Shown here: positions 33,901-39,593 of the stretch, piece after piece
Numbering within the stretch: the first letter of the stretch is position 1
Layout of the letters: every line of letters starts with the position of its first letter
Notes under the pieces: model-generated
Databases searched by the model: none
What the model was told of the DNA's origin: nothing
The model's input: only the letters and a program-made list of their open reading frames with translations
Position numbers and translations under genes: made by a program
Assembly (NCBI GenBank): GCA_037381105.1
Contig: JARRRC010000001.1
Span: forward strand, 1-39,593
DNA: 39,593 bases
Direction of reading: 5' to 3'
From: Desulfobacterales bacterium
GTDB lineage: Bacteria > Desulfobacterota > Desulfobacteria > Desulfobacterales > UBA11574

Positions 33901-34941
33901 AAGGAAGCCAATGCGAAACGATACTGGCGCCTGTTTCATAATGCGGCCACGGAAGGCAAGCTGGCATCGGCCGTAGGAAGGAAATTCATCGGCGCTGCTG
34001 CTGTTAAAACTCCATATCGCGCTTATCGCATAGGCAAGTTTATGATCAAGGCGGGAGCGTTGTGGGGCTTGTTGCAGGTATGGAATAATACGCGCTACCC
34101 GGAGGAGGAAAAACAGCTTCCCGAAGGGATCCGCCAGAAGCCGCATATTATTTTAGGCCGCGATGATAAGGGTGAAATACAATATTTTAGCAGGCTCGGC
34201 GCGGTACCGGACCTGCTCGAATGGATAGGCCTTGATGCCGCTCCGGAATATATCGACAGGCTATCAAGGGGAGAAAGCCCGGCTGTGATCGCCAAGGAGA
34301 TGGCCAAACAGCCTGTTAATATTATGGCTTCCGGCAGCGTCCCGTTTGCCAAGCTCGCCCTTGAAGTAGCTACCCGCAGGGCTCTTTTCCCCGATGTTTT
34401 CAAGCCCAGGACAATCAGGGACAGGGGGTTACACATCGCTCGATCATTCGGTCTTGACAATGAATACAGGGAGCTTGTCGGTCTGCCGAGAAAGCCTTAT
34501 AAAAAATCCGTTAAAAAGGCTTTTATTTATAGCATCGATCCGCTTGAAGCCGCTTACGGGGAGACTTATTCGTTAAAGCAAAAGTATCTTAAAAAAATAG
34601 GCAAATACGGAGAAGGATTCTGGTTGACGACAACCGGAAACGATCTTTATAATGTCAAGCTTGCTATACGCTATGGCGATAACGAAAGCGCCGGAAAATA
34701 TCTTGAGAAATATTTTTCAGACGGTGGGACAATCAATGGAATAACAAAATCATTGATGGCAATGGAACCGCTTTATGGTATGAGCGAAAAAGATCAAACT
34801 GAATTCTTGAACTCTCTCAACAGAGATGAGCTTCTTAAGGTATCCATGGCTTATGAATTTTTTGCGAGGATGTTTGATCCTGAATTTAATAATTCTGACG
34901 AAAAAGCGATTGCAAAATTGGATAGCGAAAAGGGCGGGTAG
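30910..34941 (+). CDS. Large internal virion or DNA-ejection protein (1343 aa)
   Basis: Its size and position at the end of the tail or ejection module are typical of podovirus internal core proteins. I recognised no catalytic motif. The start is GTG. Confidence 0.45.
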   Translation: MNLQEFRQKYPQYNQISDEVLVDNIYKKYYEDRLDRQQFLKLIGFKEQAPAQDGMPETEQESRLPLDTADTSADKAVGDLLPAHQPEQSAPQLMPAHTKYLQKFADRDNTLQPLSYEDPTAEPPGGQRLREMIGEPSQVLETGKRQGALAAKSFNEATAGFMDRLDKMATKVSEITGMEKGGLFEAAKNRYLANAEIWNKRAGKYGLTDEIVGEIVGGAVPGVIEFSLGPAYSGAVGYAEGGIKEGAKKAVERAVLGKILHAVNTLKVLPRTVAGAAVGATEAAARGEDKRGIAKSAAALGLFSAAATGNKKVGIKEAGKDFTETIKQGAKPDSEKIRTETGKGSPGEGLEGREGGRLRLRDDEKEISIAEDREADKYKPEFFGGKERPGKVPKMPETGQDTPEFFGDKRSPEQMLDLREQRDIELSEKLKKESQVGQVEIDFAQKGEPFKFNKDLEENWKKAHGVKKESVFARIGQTMRSMGQKMTREFEHMPKTGEFAEAGFALRKLAKQKDVAMERAIKDIGGVVLRLDKKDFNLFERKVFIDDMVETATEGKKLPFGLDQKKAETERARLDAYIKNSPIVEDALNRRGQVWDKIKSDYSDSMKSIGFNVEERFSRKNYFRHQVLEYVNMKGLFGTGKRLKTPTNRGFLKSRQGSALDINTNYLEAEHEIMAQMIYDTEIAKTIKRIDDKYNIIDKLRKQAKKEKTTYDQIIPEGYIEWQPREGNVFYMADTIPARLAEKITSGAIEELGISAKDIGKALAMGGKRRSMVIKQELADTLDNLYKTRSENPLLEARRKIMRGWKIWQLISPRRYPKYNLRNITGDLDAVIAGNPAHLKKVPEAVKDLYQGFVHKKMSPDLQDFFERGGMGATLQAQEMGSINSLKMFAKMIERKGELKNIPFKAWSSYWKAARMSTDFREAILRYASYLKLKEEMEKSSDGLPKSYLASMPEEVKGLSNIKDRAYLMQNDLLGAYDRISVFGQAMREQIFPFWSWKEANAKRYWRLFHNAATEGKLASAVGRKFIGAAAVKTPYRAYRIGKFMIKAGALWGLLQVWNNTRYPEEEKQLPEGIRQKPHIILGRDDKGEIQYFSRLGAVPDLLEWIGLDAAPEYIDRLSRGESPAVIAKEMAKQPVNIMASGSVPFAKLALEVATRRALFPDVFKPRTIRDRGLHIARSFGLDNEYRELVGLPRKPYKKSVKKAFIYSIDPLEAAYGETYSLKQKYLKKIGKYGEGFWLTTTGNDLYNVKLAIRYGDNESAGKYLEKYFSDGGTINGITKSLMAMEPLYGMSEKDQTEFLNSLNRDELLKVSMAYEFFARMFDPEFNNSDEKAIAKLDSEKGG

Positions 34942-34948
34942 GTTATCT

Positions 34949-35305
34949 ATGGTAAAGAAAATAAACAACAAAATGACTGTCATGGGGTGGGGAAAGCTGC
35001 AAAAATGGGCCGCCGTCATTGTGGCTTTTTGCGTTTTTGGAATCATCGGCCGTTTCGGTATATGGGTGTTTAACGGAATAGCCAGCGCTTATTCAAACAC
35101 CATTAAGATAGAAAACAACGTGACCCATATTATAGCGCTGGGCGAGCATATTAAAAACATCCAAAAAGAGATGGGCGATAATATCAAGGATCTTCAAAAA
35201 ACAAGCAACCAGATAGAAAAAGACGTTGCCGTCAATAAGAAGATCCTTGAAAAATTAGATATAAAGTTTGAGCAGAAGGTCAATTCATTAAGGAGGGCTA
35301 AGTGA
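34949..35305 (+). CDS. Type-II membrane protein with a coiled-coil ectodomain, possibly i-spanin-like or holin-associated
   Basis: The ATG is at 34949. An N-terminal TM segment (AAVIVAFCVFGIIGRFGIWVF) is followed by a heptad-rich charged helix. The functional call is speculative. Confidence 0.35.
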   Translation: MVKKINNKMTVMGWGKLQKWAAVIVAFCVFGIIGRFGIWVFNGIASAYSNTIKIENNVTHIIALGEHIKNIQKEMGDNIKDLQKTSNQIEKDVAVNKKILEKLDIKFEQKVNSLRRAK

Positions 35306-36144
35306 CTAAAATTGTTGCCGAAATCGGAATAAATCACAACGGCCAGATAGAACTGGCTAAGAAAATGATCGCCATGGCGAAATACGCCGGGGCTGCAGCC
35401 GTAAAATTCCAGGTAAGAGACGTTGATACGGTTTACGCCGGCCAGCTTGACAACCCCAGAAACGATGGAAACCCGTATGGCTGGAAAACAGTAGGTGAGC
35501 AAAAGCGCGGGATTGAATTAACCCTGGATCAGTATAAGGAAATCAACACGTTTTGCGAAATGATCGGTATTGATTGGTTCGCCTCTTTCTGGGATCTTAA
35601 AAGCTTTTATGATCACATCAATCTTTTCGATTTCAAATATCACAAGATCGCCTCGGCCATGCTGACAAACAGTGAACTTTGCGAAGCCGTCGCCGCGCAA
35701 GGCAAGCTTACATTTATTTCAACGGGTGGTTGTGATCTGGACGAAATAGATGCCTGCATCGATAATTTTATGAAATTGAATCAGAATATTTGCATCATGC
35801 ATTGTGTCTCGCAATATCCTTGCCCGGATTCGGATTTAAATCTTAACATGATCCAGACTCTAAGGATGCGTTACCCGTGGGCGCGAATCGGATACTCAGG
35901 GCATGAAGTCGGCCTTTATCCGTCCGTTATGGCCATTGCCATGGGGGCGGAATGGATCGAACGGCATATCACCCTTGATAGATCAATGTATGGAAGCGAT
36001 CAGTCGGCGAGCATGGAAATCCACGGACTGCAGCAGCTATGCTCTGTGGCCAAAAATGCGGGCACCATCCTTGGGGATGGCATCAAGGTTGTCACTGACA
36101 AAGAAAGACAATGCATGCAAAAACTAAGGTATTGGGAGCAATAA
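35302..36144 (+). CDS. NeuB-family (sialic, pseudaminic or legionaminic acid-type) ulosonic acid synthase lacking the C-terminal SAF domain
   Basis: The motifs are IVAEIGINHNGQIELAKKMIAMAKYAGAAAVKFQ, HKIASAMLTN, FISTGG, IMHCVSQYPCP and GYSGHEVGLYPSVMAIAMGAEWIERHITLDRSMYGSDQSASMEIHGLQQL. The GTG start follows AGGAGGG by 4 nt and overlaps the upstream stop (GTGA). Confidence 0.8.
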   Translation: MTKIVAEIGINHNGQIELAKKMIAMAKYAGAAAVKFQVRDVDTVYAGQLDNPRNDGNPYGWKTVGEQKRGIELTLDQYKEINTFCEMIGIDWFASFWDLKSFYDHINLFDFKYHKIASAMLTNSELCEAVAAQGKLTFISTGGCDLDEIDACIDNFMKLNQNICIMHCVSQYPCPDSDLNLNMIQTLRMRYPWARIGYSGHEVGLYPSVMAIAMGAEWIERHITLDRSMYGSDQSASMEIHGLQQLCSVAKNAGTILGDGIKVVTDKERQCMQKLRYWEQ

Positions 36145-36151
36145 TCAATAC

Positions 36152-36475
36152 TTAATTCTTTTCCTCAACAAACTCCAAGCCATAGCCATTCGGATCATTT
36201 ACAAACTGTACCTTGCAACCGCTCGGCGCAACAAAATAATAATGATCCTTGTTTATTTCGTCCACCGTAAAAGCAAGATGCAATGAAAAACCGTCCTGGA
36301 ATTCGATGCATACACCCTGGGCGTTTTTCATCTTGACCCAATTAATGGTCCGCCCGTTGATAACATCCATGCCGGATTCGGTAATTGAGAAACCTAATAC
36401 GCTCGTATAATACGAGATTGTTTCTTCAAGATTTTGCGCGGGGATTCCGATGTGCCGGAAATTGATAACTTTCAT
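36152..36475 (-). CDS. VOC (glyoxalase/bleomycin-resistance/dioxygenase-fold) family protein
   Basis: FRHIGIPAQNLEETISYYTSVLGFSI...HLAF...DPNGYGLEFVE is a typical single VOC module. It overlaps the aminotransferase stop by 4 nt. Confidence 0.65.
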   Translation of the reverse strand: MKVINFRHIGIPAQNLEETISYYTSVLGFSITESGMDVINGRTINWVKMKNAQGVCIEFQDGFSLHLAFTVDEINKDHYYFVAPSGCKVQFVNDPNGYGLEFVEEKN

Positions 36476-37515
36476 CCGAGAACCTTTCTGATAATGGCTA
36501 TGCCTTTGTTAAGCTCTTCCATCGTGATATTCAATGGCGGCCCTATTTTCACGGTCTGGGCTTTCGTGTGGACAACAAGCAGCCCGGCTGCACAAAGATC
36601 GACAACGGCCTTGTCGGCATCGTCCGTGCTTTCAAAATAGATGCTTGCAACCATGCCTTTTCCCTGCACCGGCCTTGTCAGTTTGCAAAGCCCTTCTTGC
36701 AAGTGTCGGCCCATTTTCTCGGCATTTTTTACCAAATTAAAGTTTTCAAATTGGTCGACAACTTCAAGGCCAGCGGCGCAGGCTAATGGATTCCAGCCAT
36801 TGGTGGACGATAAATCCATCATGGGGTTATTGATTAAAACCGAGGGTCCAAGGATAGCCGATGCCGGGAACCCATTGCACATCGCCTTGCCCACGCAGAC
36901 AATATCCGGATTAAGATCATAATAATGCTGATACCCGAAAAGCTTGCCCGTCCTTCCAAATCCTGCCTGAATTTCATCGGCGATGAGGATAAGATCGAAT
37001 GTTTTAACCAAGTGCTTGATGCGCTCAATTGTTTTATCCTTATGGAATTGGCACGTAAGGGCATTGTAGGGCTCGAAAATAAGACACCCGGTCTTGTCCC
37101 CTGCTGTCTGGTTGCGCCAGTCAACCTCCCTGCCTGCGGCGATCTGGGCGCCCAACGTTTTACCATGGAAAGCATGCTCAAGACCCCAGATCCCGTTTTT
37201 GCCGGTATAACGCCGCGCTATCTTGTATGCGGCTTCCACGGCCTCGGTTCCGCTTGAAAACATCTGTGCCGCTTCAAACCCGGTAAATGCGCACAGCCTG
37301 TCGTGATATTCTCGCTTGACGGGATGGCCGAACTCATAACAGTGCATGAACTTTTCGGCTTGTTCGCATATCGCGTTGCCAACATCGATATTTCCCATGC
37401 CCAGGCTTGACGCGAAAATGCCGCTTGTAAAATCGATAAGCCCCTTACCGTCTGTGGTATAAACGGTTGAATCTTTGACAAAATCGATCTCTATATCGTG
37501 GATGCTGTTTATCAT
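36472..37515 (-). CDS. PLP-dependent class-III aminotransferase (short form, 347 aa)
   Basis: The motifs are FSSGTEAVEAAYKIAR, HAFHGKT, LILIADEIQAGFGRTGKLFGYQHY and PDIVCVGKAMCNGFP (Schiff-base Lys). Confidence 0.8.
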   Translation of the reverse strand: MINSIHDIEIDFVKDSTVYTTDGKGLIDFTSGIFASSLGMGNIDVGNAICEQAEKFMHCYEFGHPVKREYHDRLCAFTGFEAAQMFSSGTEAVEAAYKIARRYTGKNGIWGLEHAFHGKTLGAQIAAGREVDWRNQTAGDKTGCLIFEPYNALTCQFHKDKTIERIKHLVKTFDLILIADEIQAGFGRTGKLFGYQHYYDLNPDIVCVGKAMCNGFPASAILGPSVLINNPMMDLSSTNGWNPLACAAGLEVVDQFENFNLVKNAEKMGRHLQEGLCKLTRPVQGKGMVASIYFESTDDADKAVVDLCAAGLLVVHTKAQTVKIGPPLNITMEELNKGIAIIRKVLG

Positions 37516-37535
37516 GGCTTGGGTATCTCCTGATT

Positions 37536-37913
37536 TTAAATTAAATTTATGCCGCTTGTTTCCATGTCTTTACATATTTTGTGCACCATCTGTTGGTGCA
37601 TTTCTATCAAGACTTGCGCGGTTGCTGGAATCGTAGGGATAATTCGATCATCCAAATAATAGCTGTATTTGTAATCTATATCGGAGAAACAGGTCGAACC
37701 TACACAATGGAAACCAATATCATCTTTATTTTTAAAACCACGCACAGTCCCTACTTTCCTCAATGTATAAGTTTCATCTTGAACAGCGATCGTATTAAGT
37801 TCCTCACCGTCAACAACATCATTATGCAGGGGGATTTTGTGTTCGAGTTCCATAATCCTTAATTTTAGTTTTTGTATTTCCAATTCAAGAGCGCATTCTC
37901 TAAGCGTCTTCAT
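37536..37913 (-). CDS. Hypothetical protein inside the sugar cluster
   Basis: 125-aa ORF that overlaps the cytidylyltransferase stop by 4 nt. I recognised no family. Confidence 0.5.
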   Translation of the reverse strand: MKTLRECALELEIQKLKLRIMELEHKIPLHNDVVDGEELNTIAVQDETYTLRKVGTVRGFKNKDDIGFHCVGSTCFSDIDYKYSYYLDDRIIPTIPATAQVLIEMHQQMVHKICKDMETSGINLI

Positions 37914-38644
37914 GGTTTAAACACTATCCTTTCTTCTTTGCGCCGTGTGGCGTATTCGAATTCGGCTATTTTAAGATCGTGAAGCGTGTCTATTTCTATC
38001 GTGGGTTCGGTGATGTGCGCCATGACGTTTTCGCCGAACAAGGCGCCCGTGCGGACAATTTTTGGGCGGATGATATCGACAACTCCGTTTGGGTGATATG
38101 TTTTCGGATAAAAATGATTTGGCAGGTTCGCGCCGTCAACCGCATCAGCCATTGCAAAAATTCCTTTTAGCAGGCATTCGGCTTTAATTGTCATGCACTT
38201 ATAAGCGCTTTCGCTCATTTCATGCACGGAACGCAGCCCGGTCGCCTCGGGCACGGCAATCATTTTCTGGATGGCTTCTCCTATATCTTCGACGCGTCTA
38301 AACGGTGTCGTGGGCCGCAGGTAAACAACAAGACTGATGTCGCCCTCATCCACCCCCCTATTGAGGAAGTCTACAATAACGTCACGGTCGGTTGCATCGT
38401 CCGTTGCTGCGTGTTTGCGGCGGCGCATTGGGATCACCCTGTTATAAAAATTGTCCTGGTCATACATGCGGGCAACGTTTAATATTTCATCGTCTTCTGA
38501 TGAAATATAAATTCTGTCGATTGCCTCCACAATCGATGCGCTTGCTATTGACCATTCAAGCAGGGTGGAGGGGCCGATTTTTTGCAGGTTTTTGCGGGGG
38601 ACTCTTTTGCTTTGTCCTCGGGCCGGGATAAGGGCGACTATCAT
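37910..38644 (-). CDS. CMP-ulosonic acid (acylneuraminate-type) cytidylyltransferase, NeuA/PseF/LegF/KdsB-like
   Basis: The N-terminus is MIVALIPARGQSKRVPRKNLQKIGPSTLLEWSI...IDRIYISSEDDEIL. The IPARGxSKRxPxKN signature marks the CTP_transf_3 family. Confidence 0.75.
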   Translation of the reverse strand: MIVALIPARGQSKRVPRKNLQKIGPSTLLEWSIASASIVEAIDRIYISSEDDEILNVARMYDQDNFYNRVIPMRRRKHAATDDATDRDVIVDFLNRGVDEGDISLVVYLRPTTPFRRVEDIGEAIQKMIAVPEATGLRSVHEMSESAYKCMTIKAECLLKGIFAMADAVDGANLPNHFYPKTYHPNGVVDIIRPKIVRTGALFGENVMAHITEPTIEIDTLHDLKIAEFEYATRRKEERIVFKP

Positions 38645-38663
38645 CTTGTTTATTTCTCCTTTC

Positions 38664-38879
38664 TCATGAGATAAGCGATAGAGTTTGTTTAATAAATTTC
38701 ACAATGTTTTCAATTCCCCAAGAATAAAGCGTACCGATCACAACGCCAATGATAACAAATATCAATGGCTTTAGCTTTGTTGCCGGTCTGAAAAGAAAAT
38801 AATCAAGGCATACACCCAGTAGGAGATAGCTTAAACGATCATGCCGCCTTGCTTTTTTCATATCTATTTCGGTATTCAT
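38664..38879 (-). CDS. Small membrane protein
   Basis: The ATG at 38879 is preceded by AAGGAG with a 9-nt spacer and lies 1 nt after the upstream stop. Two hydrophobic segments are present (LSYLLLGVCLDYFLF and LIFVIIGVVIGTLY). Confidence 0.5.
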   Translation of the reverse strand: MNTEIDMKKARRHDRLSYLLLGVCLDYFLFRPATKLKPLIFVIIGVVIGTLYSWGIENIVKFIKQTLSLIS

Positions 38880-38880
38880 A

Positions 38881-39588
38881 TTATTCTTCTCCTTCGACAT
38901 CATCGGTGTCAAGATCAAGAGCTTTGTCCATGGAATTATTTATCTTGTCGGTAAAGTTATCGAGAATTTTTGATGCTTTTTTGACCAGTGCTTCACCAAG
39001 GTCCTTAAATTTGTGGGCAAACTTCCCTTTTAGTAAGAAGTGGTCAATCAGAAATGCCATGGCAACAAAACCGATATACTTTTCATAGGGTTTAATGTAC
39101 TCTCGTATTCCATCAGCCATTGTTTTTGCTTTCTCGATCATGTTATTACCTCTTTTGTGTAGTTTTAGAGCATCTGATCTGTAACCTCCTACTTCTTTAC
39201 TATCCCAACGGACAAAAATTGGAAATTCTTCATCATTGTTGATCTCTTTTACCGTGCCGATTATTTTGTCGGACCCCCTATGCCATAAGCGCACACGGTC
39301 GCCTACTTTGAATTCTCTCATAATTACTTTTTTCCCTTTAACTATATTTTTATCTTCGTTGTTTTGGTGTAATTCCAAGTGTCTTTTATAATAACTGTTT
39401 TTTGCACCGTTATCCCAGAATACCACTATTGGACATATGTCGTGATCACTTATTTCTTTCACGGTGCCAGCTATTTTGCCGTACCTCCCGCCCCACAATG
39501 GGTTATTGCGACTATCTCTGCCGTAATGAGGAAGAAGATAACGCAAACGCACACGGTCGCCTACTTTAAAAATTTTAGACATGACCAA
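38881..39588 (-). CDS. Protein with two tandem SH3-like (MIB/HERC2-like) repeats and a C-terminal hydrophobic or acidic tail
   Basis: The repeats are FKVGDRVRLRY...WGGRYGKIAGTVKEISDHDICPIVVFWDNGAKNSYYKRHLELH and FKVGDRVRLWHRGSDKIIGTVKEINNDEEFPIFVRWDSKEVGGYRSDALKLH. The 5' end lies in the terminal repeat, and the RBS AGGGG sits at about 116-120 of the left copy. Confidence 0.55.
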   Translation of the reverse strand: MVMSKIFKVGDRVRLRYLLPHYGRDSRNNPLWGGRYGKIAGTVKEISDHDICPIVVFWDNGAKNSYYKRHLELHQNNEDKNIVKGKKVIMREFKVGDRVRLWHRGSDKIIGTVKEINNDEEFPIFVRWDSKEVGGYRSDALKLHKRGNNMIEKAKTMADGIREYIKPYEKYIGFVAMAFLIDHFLLKGKFAHKFKDLGEALVKKASKILDNFTDKINNSMDKALDLDTDDVEGEE

Positions 39589-39593
39589 CCCCT
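39475..39593. repeat. Terminal direct repeat, right copy (identical to 1..119)
   Basis: Same 119-bp string as 1..119, read directly from the sequence. Confidence 0.95.

Overview
This window is a complete, circularly closed genome of a tailed dsDNA phage. The first 119 bp are identical to the last 119 bp, so the unique length is 39,474 bp. The morphogenesis module is podovirus-like and P22-type: TerS, TerL, a 3TM holin-like protein, portal, scaffold, P22-type coat, adaptor-like protein, tail fibre, gp10-like hub and large internal or ejection proteins.

There are four transcription blocks.
1. A rightward early block (3515-13848) encodes an RHH regulator, a VRR-NUC nuclease, two radical-SAM enzymes, a SAM methyltransferase, small membrane proteins, a C5 DNA methyltransferase, an ASCH protein, a DnaB helicase and a replication organiser with iteron-like repeats.
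2. A short leftward block (15510-13858) ends in an XRE-type HTH gene.
3. A rightward late block (15667-36144) holds the structural genes.
4. A leftward block starts at 3418 and runs through the circular junction down to 36152. It encodes a RecE-like exonuclease, RecT, an XF1762/GNAT-fold protein, an SH3-like repeat protein, a CMP-sugar cytidylyltransferase, a class-III aminotransferase and a VOC protein.

I recognised no integrase, tRNA, rRNA, CRISPR array or endolysin.

The main candidate for a new system is a distributed sialic-acid-like (nonulosonic or ulosonic acid) pathway. It consists of a NeuB-family synthase, a CMP-activating cytidylyltransferase, an aminotransferase and a VOC protein at 35302-38644. 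It also includes two tandem CstII/Maf (DUF115)-like transferase paralogs inserted between the portal and scaffold genes (20011-21247). This arrangement suggests phage-directed glycosylation of virion or host-surface targets.

Other notable items:
- a B12-type radical-SAM, SPASM radical-SAM and methyltransferase cassette
- an apparently dual-coding C5-methyltransferase gene flanked by 19-bp direct repeats
- a truncated citrate-synthase-like ORF in the tail module
- an A7 slippery site with a start-less coding extension
- several perfect or near-perfect tandem duplications

All family assignments come from motif recognition by eye. No searches were run.
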